A DNA stretch of 52,432 nucleotides, filler included, from Dimargaris cristalligena (lineage: Eukaryota): assembly GCA_003614675.1 (NCBI GenBank). It is 3 parts of 3 records of this genome, joined end to end, with 100 filler letters (N's around TTAATTAATTAA, not from the genome) between each part and the next. Parts side by side here need not be neighbours in the genome. Positions count along the whole stretch, not along the records: positions 1 to 17,413 come from ML002801.1; 2 more parts are not named here. One strand, 5' to 3'. Made by a program: the position numbers and the translations under genes. Shown here piece by piece: positions 1-13,295 of this stretch (its first letter is position 1; the number at the start of each line of letters is the position of its first letter). The notes beneath the pieces are model-generated. The model was given only the letters and a program-made list of their open reading frames with translations. It was not told where the DNA came from and did no database searches.

Positions 1-2815
1 ATAATAAATTCGCTTTGTATACTTGGAAACTATGCCATCATTGAATTTGTCTTGGCCTACTTTAGAATCCCCTGGAATATTTCCAGGGTATTGTTGTCGT
101 GCTTAATAATCTATAGGATTAAAGCCGACTAACTATGAAGGACTAGGCACCATCATTGCCTAGTTCTATCAATGAGGCGCGGGAATTGGGCCTTGTTGAA
201 GGATCGGCGTCCTTCAGCCATTCCCGCCACTTGATTCACATATTCCACATATCACCATTATATACCCGTCTATTATTAGTTATCATTTATATTACTATCT
301 AGTAGCATCTTCTATGCTGGTTCGACGCCTTTACCATTAATCTGCTCGGTTATATAAAGCCGAGCCAATTCCTATAGTTATTCTTTGGTTAATTACCATT
401 TATTCTATATCCCCTTTTATAGTTTACTCGATCTATTTGGTATCCCCCTTATCATTATCTATAAAGCGCCCTTTGCATCAACTGCCTGTGTGTTATCTCG
501 TGTAAACTTGTCCGAGGCGTAGCCCTTTAATCATTTCTTATATTATAGGCTACGACAATTGTACGTTGTAAAATAAATATACCGGCAGCTATGTTATTTA
601 TATTTCAAATAATCAAATCATTTGCCAGTAATTGTTGCCCTTTAACTCCGACGGAACATTGTGTAATTGTGCCTCATGAGCGGCAACTTTCTCAGTCGAC
701 TTGGTAAAGTGTTAGGACTTGGCCATAGATTGTATGCATTTCACTCTTTCATAGGGTTACTTGCTTGAGATATAGGAAAGGTAAATGGTGAGATCTAGCA
801 AGCGGAGGCTTAAAGCTCACGTCTGATAAAGTGGACGACTTTACTTGTCTGTCCTTCACTTACTCAAAGCTGCTCAGCCTAAAATATGTCGCTATTATCA
901 GCACTGAATTGTTCTGTATACGTTGATCCTTTTTGCAAAAGTTGATAACTTAACGTTAATGTACTGGAATTGGACTCTGATCTCGAATTATTTTTTTCGG
1001 AGGGTGTAGGACGAGGATGTCGTCACTCCTTCAGTACAGCCCAAAGTAGCTAGGGCTGACTCCCTACTCGCAGATAATGGGATGGTTACTAATTTGGAAT
1101 TGGTTGCTTTGGATGTAGATATGGTCATTGTTTCGGACTGACGAGGTCGGGCAGGCAAGTATCAGAAAACTAAGGGAATATGTGAAAGTGTAGTTCCGTG
1201 TGATAGTCAAGAAGCCGGTTATAGTGTTTATCTATCAGTTTACCGGGTTATTATGAATAATTCAACTCCTTTGGGAGTCTATACGCCGGCCATTTTTTAT
1301 TATAATTGCGCGAACGACCATGCGCTAGGACAGTTGTATGGCGTCCATTTAAAAAGTGGAATGTAATTCGGTATAGTTAAACAATTTCTTTACGATCCCT
1401 ATTCAGGGAGCTCTCTTTGAATTGTATACTGTTACTATGTTTACAGCTTTCTTTTACTTTTACGACTATAATACTGCTGAAATAGTATTTATTTATTTTT
1501 GAAACACGGCACATTTTTCTCTTTGCTTATTGAATATTTCGACAGTTTTAATTGCCACTATGTTCTACAGCATCCTTATCTCTTCTAACGGCACCAACAT
1601 TTATATCTCGGTCGGCTAAGAATTGATACCTTCGATGCCAAGACGCTCTGCAAAGGAGCCCGCAACCCCAAGTCGTATCCCCAAGCCCTACTCTGTAATG
1701 CTCGATCCTGACATAAAAACAGTTTCAGAAAGTGAGAGACATTATACCTGAAGGTTAGGCGCCTATGATCATAACAGGGTGGGGGAAGGGGCTGAAATAT
1801 ATGCCAGTTTGATAGCAGCATTGGTTTCCCAAATAGAGTCCGACTTTGGCTATCCTCGATGTAAATATATAAAATCCGGGGCTGGCCATTTTGATTGATA
1901 TTGGTATTCTTGGAATTAATTTGGACATAACTCTCTATAAGTCCTTATTGTAGGTGAGATTAGAACTTAGGGCTCAATGTGTATCTTTTAGAGTAATATT
2001 GTTGGTGTTCGTAGAGTAGGAATTGGTCCACATAATAGATGAAATTCTCCAGGGAATCGATAAAGAAAGGAGTCTCAAACGCAAGATTGCTGCAGGCGAT
2101 ACGTAAAACCAAAGAGATATTCGCATCCAAAGAGCAAAAGCGCCCTATCTAGAGAATTTAATCTTTTGAGAGGAATGGCGAAAACCCTTGAGCTGCATGG
2201 TATGTTGTGGTGGGAAGGAGTTTATGGAAAACATGAAAGGGCCAAGGAAGGAATACTCGCACTCGGAAAATCAATGGGCGCCTTCAGTCCGCCGTGGGGT
2301 TGCGGCCTAGTCTTATAAAGGCAAAGTGGCCTGATATAGGCTTGCTTCATTCCCTACCGGTCCATTGACGATAGCTGGCAATAAAGGGCCGCTAATTTAT
2401 ATTATTGTATTATAGCTTGGATTATCCTGGGAATACCTTCATTCGCCATTCGGCGACTCAATTTCAAAGGGAGTGGCCACTAAATCACACATATTGCTTA
2501 TCCTGGTAGGGCCATATCCAAACAGGGCTAGGTTGAAGGCGCGTGTCCCAAACTTGAATATACTGCTCGGATCTGGAGTCTTCCGACATGGAAGTACTGT
2601 GTTCTGGAGACCCTAATAAACCGCGGTGACTCGACTCCTTACTCCTGTAAAAAAAACCCTATATAAATCCCGGATATGGTCACCATCTATCCAACATAAA
2701 ACTTGGGATTATTGATTTATAATTTTTCGTATTTTGTTCAAAATGTAAATGGACTTAAAGACTGGTTGGGGACCAGAAGATTTGGGATAACTATCTGGAA
2801 AAAAAAGTAAACCAT

Positions 2816-3166
2816 TTAAATAGGGGAATCCGCATAGTGCTTGCTGAGCTCGTGGAAGGTCGTGAACGTCTGCCTACAACCATGACAAAGCACCACATGC
2901 CGTTTTTGGCACTCGCCCAGATGGGCCTTGAAGCGGATTCTATCCGTATAGGTGTGTTTGCACCTACAGCATAAAATGTCCGCAAAAGTAGGGCATATCC
3001 AATCGTGGCTGTCCACCTCTTCGAGTGAGCTGAGCTTTTTACTGCAGTTGGGGCAGTTCACTGGGCTCTCGTCATTCCTTTCTAATTTACGTGAGGTTTG
3101 GGGGGAAATAAGGGGGACCTGGCCCACTAAGGTGGTGGTAATCGGATGCTGTTGGCAAAAAGACAT
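2816..3166 (-). CDS. Small zinc-finger protein with tandem CxxC-X12-H-X3-C (C2HC/C2H2-like) fingers, 116 aa
   Basis: ATG at 3166. Motifs CPNC-X12-HDWIC, CCRC-X12-HLGEC and CHGC-X12-H. TATA-like element near 3380-3387 on the minus strand. Confidence 0.7.
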   Translation of the reverse strand: MSFCQQHPITTTLVGQVPLISPQTSRKLERNDESPVNCPNCSKKLSSLEEVDSHDWICPTFADILCCRCKHTYTDRIRFKAHLGECQKRHVVLCHGCRQTFTTFHELSKHYADSPI

Positions 3167-5991
3167 TGTTCTTTGTTGTAGTGGCGACGGCGGGGATGTG
3201 TGCTGGTGGGTTGATGTTCTTAGTATTTGGTTAAGTATAGTAGCAGGCTAAGTAAGTATACGATGAGCTGTTGCGAATATAGGGAGAGGAGTTAATAAAT
3301 GAATAGGTGGGATGAATAATCGTAGGTCATTTGCGGAAGAAGTTATTGGTCTGGGCAGGGTAGGCCAAGGGGTTTGGTATTTATATGACATGTCTAGCTG
3401 CGGTTGCCATGCTGGCTATATACGGCCTTAGCACCGTCGACCCATAGTTTTTTCGATTATTGGCTATTGTTGAAATTGTCTATGGTCCACACGAGGTATT
3501 TTGCAGAGTATTGTTTGAACTGGATTGGATGCTACAATACTACGGACCTTGGACTCGGAGTCGAGGTCGAAGATTTGGTATAAGGAGATGTTTCCAGATG
3601 ATTCCTTGTTTCCCGTGGTTTATAATTGAAAGGAGACTACGCATTTCAGATTCTTTAGGCTCTTTTTCCGCTGCGGATCCGTCGTAAAACAGTCGAGCAG
3701 GTTCAGTAAATATTGTATTAGTCCTATTCTGGCTTAGTATTCGCTTTTCCCTAACGCTGGGTCATCCGATACGGAAATGACTCGCCCATCAACTCACACC
3801 TATGCCTGTACCATTCAACCACTTCTAAGGTTGCGTATTGTTCGCACATTCACGTATATTTGATCCACATTCCAAGTATACCATATCATAGACAGGCTCC
3901 CATCATAATGGACCTTCCAGTTTTCACATGGAACGACCCTCTTATTCCTAATGCATCTGTGAAGACAACATTAGTATTGGACCAAGAAAGGCGCCATCAT
4001 AATGATCGGATAAGTAAATATACCCCATAGCCACTGCGCGCTAGACTGGCCGACCTGCTGTGACTGCGAATCTACTTCATACATACTGGGTTATAAATAA
4101 ACTACGCCAACAATTAGCTAGGAAAACTAGGATAAGCCCATGCACCATTGTTAATAATTAGCCTGGTCCAACACCCCAATTGTTTCACCTAATAGAGATG
4201 AGGGTGAAATAGGCAAAGATATGAATGTTACGAACCAATGGTAAGCTGATAAAAGAAGCTCAGGTGCATCCCAAAACGGCAATTATCACTTCCCGCATGA
4301 CCTGGCCTTGGTTGTGATGGGTATATTATGACATGCCCGCAGTAGCAAGGTCAATAAAGTCCATATATAATATACGATATGATAGGAACAACAAAAGGTT
4401 TGAGGTGGACGCGGTTGGAAAATGCCGAATAAAGGACTGGTTTTACAAAATACTCGGCTTTTCTGTAGTGACTGCGAGAATCAGCTGAGAACGAGACGGT
4501 ACTACCACACTGATTAGATAAAATCCAAAATATCAGTAGGATCGGCCAATATTCCGCTTACATCAATTGAGGTAGCTGGAAGTACGCCAAGCCATTAGGA
4601 TCAACGAGGCCTGAGAACTTGTGAGAGCCAAAGCATATTACGTTTTTAAAATCAATAGAGAGAACTATCAATCGGGTTTTGCTGGTAAAAACCGTGACTC
4701 GAATGTCTAATAGATCTTACATTCTCTATTAACAGGTCGGCTAATTTTCCCAAAGCAACGTAATTTTCTTTTGACATTCATCATTAAACATCACCAACCT
4801 TCCTTGGTTATGGTAGAAACATGCGCCTCTATAGGCTGCAGCCGTCAACATGTCTAACTTCACCTGCGAGACATTTCGAAAACTATTAGTCGAAGTTAAG
4901 TCGCATGCTTAGGAATCTTGAGTAAACTATGTTTTTTTTATGCCTATATTCAATTCATTCGCTAATGGCCATTTAGTAGAATATTACTGACTACAAAGTA
5001 GTCCGACTAGATCTTCTTTGGCCCGATCTCCCTAGTTGGTTCAGATAAAATAGGGCCGGCTCCAGTACCTCAAAGGCATATGGCAATCGACGTCCAGTCC
5101 AAGCACTGGAAATTGATTTGGAACACATTAGCAGTCAATGGGTTATTTAAATTGTCAAATAGACTGGATTGCCGAGGAAGGTTGTAATAGCCAAAAAATC
5201 GGCAAATGGTAAATAATACAATATAAGACCTATTATGGTGAGTGTCATTTTTTCACGACAAAGAGAAGACTGTCCCACTTGGCCATACCAAAACACTTCG
5301 AGTTGAAGTGGACCTTTAGGGGGGTAGCAGGTATTACTATGTCAATAAGACCAGGCGGGTAGGTTTAGGCTGTGACGTACCTCAAGCCCATCCTGTCCGT
5401 GGTATTAGGGCTTATCTCCGAATGGACTCAAGATATTATAAACCCCATTGAATGTAATTGTAAATACACTATTTTTAAACGATCTGTGATCAGACTCCAG
5501 CCCTCAACTGCTGGCTAAGCCGCTAAACAGTAGGGTGTAATTGGTGATTGGTGATATTTTGGATGACAACGACTCCTATTTAATCTGCGGCAAGACGAGA
5601 ATAATAAAATTCCTACGCTCTGAGAGTGTTTTCCCCAATTAATAATTCCATTTTTTTTATTTTATGACCCATGGATTATGCCCATTTAATGTCACTTGTT
5701 AAAACATACAATACACAATGTGATATAGGAACTATTTTTTTGGACCCCCCTTTGAAACATTGGGTTGTATTATGTTGGCTTTACTAAAACGTCTCTACTT
5801 AGCCCGAAACGTAACCGCGATATTTATGTATTAATTCGTACTTTTCGTATAACAGTAGCACGCCCTCTCTTTGTAGTGGTTCACCTTGTTGGAGTCATTA
5901 ATAAATAATACCCATCTCTAACGATATTTTCCGATCCGGCTAATGCCCCTATCGCACATTCAGTCGAGACTCTTTAAAAAAGGGGCTAGTG

Positions 5992-6006
5992 CCCCCCCCC
6001 CCCCCC
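5992..6006. repeat. poly-C tract (C15)
   Basis: 15 consecutive C upstream of the ADH gene. Confidence 0.9.
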
Positions 6007-6255
6007 TACATCACTAAACTCGGCGCCGTAAAATTGGAGCCTTGCGGCAACCTATAAAAATGGATACCTATGCAAAGAAAACTCGCCATAGGGCGCTACC
6101 TACGGCGACTTTGCAATAGTAAGACATCGTTGCCTTCATTTTTTTCCAGCATCTTGGTAATAGGCTAAGCATGTCTCACATCCAAGGCATGTTACTGGCT
6201 CGCCATGTATACGCTAGATAGTGCTACTTTACAGCCTTGATGCTCACTAGAGCTT

Positions 6256-6263
6256 TATATAAA
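6256..6263 (+). promoter_or_regulatory. TATA box of the ADH gene
   Basis: TATATAAA about 130 nt upstream of the ATG at 6393. Confidence 0.55.
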
Positions 6264-6392
6264 TGGCACCGGCTATTGTTAAACATTACATCGTAAACAA
6301 CCTTGATTTCACTGCGGTTATACTTTCTGTCATTTACCCTCCTTTTACATTCGAACTCATATAGACGTATATATATCTGAGCTTCCCAAAAG

Positions 6393-7463
6393 ATGACCGC
6401 TTCCGAGTGCCGTTTCCCCGTGGTCCATGGCTATGCCGCCAAGGCCAAAGACCAACCTCTGGTCGCTTGGGAGTACACCCCCCGCCCGCTGGGCCCCAAC
6501 GACATTGAAATCAAGATTGACCACTGCGGCATCTGTGGTTCGGACTTGCACACGATTGACAGTGGCTGGGGCCCGACCAATTATCCCGTGATCGTGGGCC
6601 ACGAGATTATCGGACATGTGGCGACCACGGGTAGCGACGTGCGGGAATTCAAGGTAGGCGACCTGGTAGGTGTGGGGGCCCAGGCTTTTGCTTGCCACCA
6701 GCCCGACTGTCCCGCCTGCAGCCGGGGTCGGGACCCGCAGTGCCCGCATTCGGTATCGACCTACAATTCCCGTTACCCTGACGGCCAAGTCTCCCAGGGA
6801 GGGTACGCCGAAGCGGTTCGCGTGGACCACCACTACGCCTTCCATTTACCTACCCAGATGGACCCCGAGGTGATGGCACCACTCATGTGTGCCGGAACCA
6901 CCGTGTTCACGCCTATGATGACCCACGGGGTTAAAAAGGGGGACCGTTTCGGGGTTATTGGCATCGGAGGCCTCGGTCACTTGGCCGTACAGTTCGCCCG
7001 CGCGCTCAGCACGGAAGTGACGGCCTTTACGACCTCCGAGAACAAGCGCCCGGACTGCGAAAAGCTGGGGGCCCACAAGGTGGTGAACATCAAAAACGAG
7101 GCCCAAGTGAAAGCCGCTCGGAATTCGTTGGACTTCCTCCTGGTATCCACCAATTCACCCCACACCGACTGGAACCAATTAACCGACTTTATGGATGTGC
7201 AGGGCACCATCATTTTGGTAGCCGCACCGGAGGCCGATTTGGTCATTAGTCCATTCAAGTTGCTGCTGAAGGCTCTCTCGGTTTCGGGCTCGCTCATCGG
7301 GGGCGTGAATGATGTCAGACATATGTTGGAATTCGCTGCTAAACACAATATTCGACCCTGGATCGAACGACTGCCAATGGACAAATGCAACGACGGCATC
7401 GATCGCATGCGTTCCGGCAAGATTCGCTACCGTATAGTTCTGTCTAACCCTACTCAGAAATAA
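6393..7463 (+). CDS. Zinc-binding NADP-dependent alcohol dehydrogenase (ADH6/cinnamyl alcohol dehydrogenase-like, MDR superfamily)
   Basis: CGICGSDLH, GHEIIG, structural-Zn Cys cluster, APLMCAG, GIGGLGH Rossmann motif and RYRIVL C-terminus. Intronless, 356 aa. Confidence 0.95.
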   Translation: MTASECRFPVVHGYAAKAKDQPLVAWEYTPRPLGPNDIEIKIDHCGICGSDLHTIDSGWGPTNYPVIVGHEIIGHVATTGSDVREFKVGDLVGVGAQAFACHQPDCPACSRGRDPQCPHSVSTYNSRYPDGQVSQGGYAEAVRVDHHYAFHLPTQMDPEVMAPLMCAGTTVFTPMMTHGVKKGDRFGVIGIGGLGHLAVQFARALSTEVTAFTTSENKRPDCEKLGAHKVVNIKNEAQVKAARNSLDFLLVSTNSPHTDWNQLTDFMDVQGTIILVAAPEADLVISPFKLLLKALSVSGSLIGGVNDVRHMLEFAAKHNIRPWIERLPMDKCNDGIDRMRSGKIRYRIVLSNPTQK

Positions 7464-8271
7464 GGGGTATGGTAAATCCATCCTATCTGAAATCCAGTTT
7501 GCTTCAGATACTTCCCGTATTGTTAACAGGTGGGTCTCTTTGGTTGAAAGTGGTATCATTTCAAAATAAAAAATGAAGAATTAAATAAAACAGTGTCCTT
7601 ACACTATTCTATAATCCGGGGAGGCCTAAATTGGCTATTTGACGACCAAAAATCGGTTGGTGAAACGGGATTTACAGGATAAAAAATTACCTGCAGCCAA
7701 TTTACCCATTTGTATACTGCCTAACGCCCCATACTGGTGGGTTGAAATTACGCGCATACTAAACTATAGCCCGAACGATTAACAGCGGTGGCGTATGGTA
7801 CCGACAAGGGCAGGTACTGGACTATTTTGTAGTTCCGTGCACAAGCGGCATACTTCAGCTACAAAGTGATTGCACAAAACTACACCCTCAAACAATGGGG
7901 TATGTTTTTCGGCTATCCTATTCCGCTTGTAAATACCCCCCCCCCGGCCTAACAGGAAGGGAGGCCTTGCTGTCAACCGGTTAGATTAACCAACTCGCTT
8001 TCCGGTAATGTATTTATGTTGTACACTAAGCGATATCTCGGGCTAGTATGTTCCGCCATTCCGTTCCCTATGCACTAATATACCCGATGCCATTGTAATT
8101 CCCACCCGTATACTATATCCCGACAAATGCCACTCATAGTCACCCGCAAATGAAATGACTAGGTATTTAAATTGCACTTTATACAAACGATACCGTTAAA
8201 AAACAAAAGGATATGCTGTAAATCTATGTTTGACTAAAAGAACGGGAAAAAACATCAACAAAGAGTATGGT

Positions 8272-9770
8272 TTAAGCATTGTCTTTGTTAGAGTTGCTAC
8301 GGTTGTTTTTCTTCTCGAGCAGCACTAGTAAGGCGTAAACGGTCTCAACATGGGGGATGTGGATCTTATATTTACGGGCGAGTTCCAGCGGATTTTTGAG
8401 GATGACCTCATGTTCCATGGGGCGCTTATTCAAGTAATCGTGGAGCATGGAAGGTTTATACGCCGGTAATTTCAGCGTAGCCCGGCACAGTTCCTCGGGG
8501 GACCGCGTTCCCGGAATTAAGGGCAGGGGCTGGCCTGTGACCGCCTCCCCGGTGGCCCACAACTCATGCTGGATGGTACAAAGCAGATCCGCGGTTTCAG
8601 GCTGGGATAACATTTCGACAGTGTCGCAACCCCCCGATACTACCGATACGGGATTAAACGAAGCGTTCCACACGATCTTTAACCACCGGTAGCCCTGGAT
8701 CTGGTCAGTCAACACGGCATCGATCCCCCCGATGTTGAACAATTCCCGAATACGTTCGCAATGCTTTTGGTCCCGTTCGAAACGAAGCTCGTGGTCGTCC
8801 ACCACACCCTTGAGGCGGTTCGCGCCAATGATCAACCGGACCTGGCCGGAACACTCAATCTCACCCGGGGAGAGTTGGGTGCACATGATGTAAATGACCG
8901 CCGGGAAGACGGGATTCTGAGGGAAGTGCTGGATACAGTCGTCCTCGATACCAATACCGTTTTGAATGAGCATGATGGAGGTGTTGGAACTCACCAGGGG
9001 TCGAATCAGATCCACAGTGTTGGTGAGTGCGGGGAGGGCTTTGGTGCATACGATGATATAGTCGAAACTATAGTCCTGGTTGGTGGCATCCTCAACACTG
9101 CTGGCCACTAGTCATTAGGGGAGAGAATAGGAAAGGGGGTTATTTTGACATTGGGAAATGGTTGAAGAGTTGGTATTTAAGAAAAGGAAGGAAACCGGGA
9201 ATAGAGTGACTTGCTTCCGATGTGGCCTCTCTGGATCAGGCGTTTAGGGACCAATGCTGACCATCCAATTCTATCTAAGCATTAATTGCTATTAGTAAAT
9301 GGGTTCTAAACTTACCATAGTCTGGCTTAAATACGGAGTTGCCGAAATGATCAGAGTTGATTTTGAGCCCATTGTGACGAACTGCCTCAAAGTTGGAACG
9401 GCACACAGCGGTAATATGACATTGTCCAGTAGCCTGGAGTCGCGAGCCCAGGATAGTACCCACGGCACCGGTACCGACTGGAATACATGATGGAGGTGGA
9501 CCAGAGTATAAATAGAAAACAGGACGATTAGTAATCGGAACCAGCCATGCAAACGGGGGCATCGTTGTTTATATCCACACATTACGCTGTCCAGAATGGC
9601 CCGAAAGGATTTGATTCTGGTTGACCAATATCAAGGATCGCTTGTGACAGCGGCCCTCTTCGGCCACCGCTAGGAAAGCCAACGAAAGTGATGCGGCTTG
9701 GCGTACATGATATACGCAGGATAGGCTGATAAATGGGGAAACCCCCCGCATTACCTATAACGATATGCAT
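8272..9770 (-). CDS. Ketopantoate reductase (2-dehydropantoate 2-reductase, PanE/ApbA family), 3 exons, ~337 aa
   Basis: Exons 9770-9755, 9477-9316 and 9107-8272, joined by GT-AG introns. The splice gives MHIVIVGTGAVG (Rossmann), DYIIVCTKAL, LIQNGIG, WLKIVWNASFN and KPSMLHDY...PMEHE. Confidence 0.92.
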
Positions 9771-10249
9771 GGTAGATGACGTTTGCCGCAAGCAAAAAGA
9801 GAGGACGGACAAAGGGGATGATTACGACTGTGACGGGTCCACACGGGGCAGCTTCAGTCCACTGCGGTTGTTTCGGGTCAAGGGGGAGGGAGGGTAGCGG
9901 ACGATAGCGCGGAGAGATACACAATCGGCTGGAATCCAAACGCGGAGAGGGAAGGTGAGGAAGGGGGAAGGGGGAGTTGACAGAGGTGATAATTATAGCA
10001 AAACACTCTAAGATATGGTAAATGGCACACCAGTCGGCGAAAATCAGCAACAAACAAAAGAAATATAGATATCTAGAGAATAGGTGTGGACCCGATAAAC
10101 AGAAATAGGAACTAAGCGGGGAAGAACTGTCTCATCCAGCAGTCCTGCTATATAGCTTATGTGGCCTATCTCGAAAATTGACAGGGCCTGTTGCAGGCAG
10201 GGGTAAGAGTGGCGACGTGAAAGCAATGAAACAGGGAGAGGCGGAAAAG

Positions 10250-10273
10250 GAGAGAGAGAGAGAGAAAGAGAGA
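10250..10273. repeat. (GA)n microsatellite
   Basis: Imperfect GA dinucleotide run. Confidence 0.8.
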
Positions 10274-12556
10274 TAGGGCTATTGGTTTCAGCTAAACCCA
10301 CTGAATGGCTTAGGAAAGGGCGTGTGTGAGTCGGAATGACTCGCTTATAGGCATTTAAGTCCTCAAAAGGCCAGCGACTCCACTCACCGCTGGTTGATTA
10401 GAACACGTCATTATGGATTCGACACATGTGGCTGGGAACTCCACTAAACCCTGTGCATTGCAAGGCAGTATAGATGCTTCTTCGGGCCTAGAGACACAAT
10501 CATCAATTCAGCCGGCAGTATGAGATTGCGATAAAGGTGTGTTCCTTCAGCAAAACAACCAGTTGATAGGCCATAAATAGGCCGTATAATAGTCAGCTGA
10601 TTCTGGGGATATTCACAGGCATTTGCAATTGGTGAACCGACTACTTTGATGTACCCCATAGTGGCCCAACTTTCCATACAATACTTTTGAAGTGGGTGGA
10701 TTGATAGACAGCGGGAATAATGATATATTAGTAAAGAGAATAGATATGTGGCTATATTGGCTATTAATATAAACTAAAACCCATCGTGTTCAGTGTCGGA
10801 CACGAAGTTCCCCGTCTCTACGCCATTCCCCAACTACACCAGCACGGGTGATTAAAAGCACATTAAATCAGTACTCACGACTATCGCATATTGCCGATAA
10901 ATACCGCCTAGCAGAGATGCTGTTCATTGTGAAATTCCGCTGCTTATTCCCTTTGGTATTGGGCGGATGGGTGAAATAATATTATGCACATGTATAAATC
11001 CGACAACAGCTCATTCCGATTCTGAGCAGACATCAACTTGAATAGGGTCGGGAAAAATTACCTCGCCTTATGATCAAATATCTAACTACCAGCATATACC
11101 AAGATGACTTTACACTAGCACCGATTTATAGGTAGCCGGGCCGCTCAGTTTAGGAATGGAAGGGCGACTAAATGAATACTCTATTATCCACCGCAAGTCA
11201 GGGAGTGGGTGGAGTTTAATTAACCTATCCCAAGCACTAAAAGCGGCCGATCCTATGTATATCATGCGAGTGTGCGGTAATGCACAATAACGACTTCATA
11301 TATACCCCGCCCCCCGCTGAGTATGCGCTTTTATTTGCCCCTCAAAGTATAGGGAGCTCATTTATTTGTCGCAGGTTTAGACCACAGGAATGGCGGTTTT
11401 TTTAGCATAGTACTGTCCACTCCATTGCAGAGCGAAGCTGGGTAAAAAGGAAACCATGCCTGGGCCGTTAGCAGAACCCCAATCGTGGATGATAAAATGT
11501 CTAACTGGGAGGGTAATTAAGAAGTGAAATACACCACCTCCACAGAATGATTAACCTGCACCAAATCCCTCATGTATCTTCCAAGGAAATGGCCACACTA
11601 GATATTCGTATTTTAGTGGCTGTTTACCAGGACTAGTATGTATTACAATAGTTAATGGGATCTGCATATGAGAGTGTAGAACGGGGCCCCCCGTTCCCAA
11701 TTATAAGCACATGTATGCCAACTAAATCCGTCGAATGACCCTCAACCGAACGCTGAACAGCGCTATTGTATGAAAATCACCGATTGGGACCACAGGGGCG
11801 TTGTCGCTATTTGTCTCTATACAATTCTACACAAACAGGACATTGGGCCATAAGATCCGATCCACTTGCTTAACTAGGGCCGTGATTATTGCCAAAGGTG
11901 TGGTGGGTATACCCCTCATTTGTAAGCACCAATAGGTAGCACTAAGTGACGAAGTATTTTTATAATATCCGATTCTATTGACTGACAGGCCAGTTTTTGT
12001 AAAGGTCTAGTTAATTCTGAATGGGGCCCTCCAGTAGGGCTGTCGGGGCAATTCGTGGCGATTCGGTTAACGTCCCACGCCGCCCGTATCCCAATCGGTG
12101 GGTCCATGGCGACAGCTGAGTATGATCCATTTAAGGGGCTTCAGTGGGATTGGTAAATAGTTGGTGGGTATCAGTTTCCCTCCCCTGAGGGTTTCTCTAT
12201 ACACAGTGGTAAATACGGTTCGTTGAGATTCTAACAATTACCGCGTGACCACTTTGCGCCTAGGGAGCGCAGTAGATAATGATTGGACCTACGCCCCATT
12301 GGGTTGGCATTAGTTGACTGACTTGTTATTCCCATCTATAAAAATTCACTTGGGCAGAATATCCCTTAGGGGCGAGATTTAGCTATAGTCCAAGGGCGAT
12401 TAAAGAATCGGCTAGCCGGAATGACTGTGTAGCATGCTGCATTTCAATCGATGCGTTCGGGAAATTGAAGAGATTGGATCTAGGACAACAGGTAACCATA
12501 AAGTGGACAAAACATAGTGTCCACCAAGTCGAGATTAGATATCTGGACCTCTGTTT

Positions 12557-12564
12557 TATATAAA
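12557..12564 (+). promoter_or_regulatory. TATA box of the small secreted protein gene
   Basis: TATATAAA about 160 nt upstream of the ATG at 12720. Confidence 0.5.
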
Positions 12565-12719
12565 TACCAACCGTGGACGCCTTTATCGTATGAATGTCCA
12601 ATCTTCCCCGATTCAACAATATTGTACACAAAGTTCGCCGCACTAAATACCCGCGTTCGCATTGAACTTGATTAACCTGACCTGTGTTTTATCCCAAACT
12701 CATTTAAATATTCGTCACA

Positions 12720-13013
12720 ATGAAGACCATTGTCGCCGTCATCGCCGCTGCCGCCTTTATCACCCTGGTCGCCTCTCTACCGGCCAACCAGGGATCGTTA
12801 CTCCCAATTCTCAATGGCAACGGTAATGACAATGGTAATGGAAGTCCTAACCTCATCAATCCTGAATCCCTGTCGCTGAACCAGGGTGCAGCCCCCGAGG
12901 GGGGCCAATTGCTCGCCTTACCCGGCGGCGATAACGGCCAAGACGAATCCTCCGATGGCCCCCCACCAACAGCCCAGGAGGCTATGATGGAGGACGATTC
13001 CAACTTATTTTAG
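12720..13013 (+). CDS. Small secreted Asn/Gly/acidic-rich protein, 97 aa
   Basis: Signal peptide MKTIVAVIAAAAFITLVAS|LP, C-ending codon bias, good start context (cacaATG) and an upstream TATA box. Confidence 0.8.
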   Translation: MKTIVAVIAAAAFITLVASLPANQGSLLPILNGNGNDNGNGSPNLINPESLSLNQGAAPEGGQLLALPGGDNGQDESSDGPPPTAQEAMMEDDSNLF

Positions 13014-13295
13014 GACTAGAAAGTTTAAGATTTGAGCCATACTCCGCCGGCCATTCCTCCGACCACAATGTTCGAGAAAGTCCAAGTAAACATACACCAT
13101 CAATAAATTATCATTGTACTTTAATACTTTCGCTGTAACCGGGAAACAGTAGCATTTATTTCGAAAAGGTGTATGGTTAGATCGCATAACCCGTGTGAGT
13201 GGGTGTAGGGGGGTATACAGCGGGACTCGTAAAACTGGGACTATGGTGGAGTATAGTTCAGTGGGATCTTGCTGGCCAGGGGTTGTCCTATTCGC

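Noticed and set aside
661-1128. Short minus-strand ORF (ATG 1128) and a downstream KCIQ...AAHEAQLH zinc-finger-like fragment
   Set aside because: Only 46 codons; the fragment lacks the second Cys and contains a stop, too weak to call a pseudogene.
6357-7559. Antisense ORFs over the ADH gene
   Set aside because: Shadow ORFs of a codon-biased gene.
9478-9754. Riboswitch in the first intron of the ketopantoate reductase gene
   Set aside because: No TPP aptamer consensus is visible, only a small generic hairpin.
6393-9770. ADH plus ketopantoate reductase as a metabolic cluster
   Set aside because: Only two convergent oxidoreductases with no established shared pathway and no backbone enzyme or transporter.
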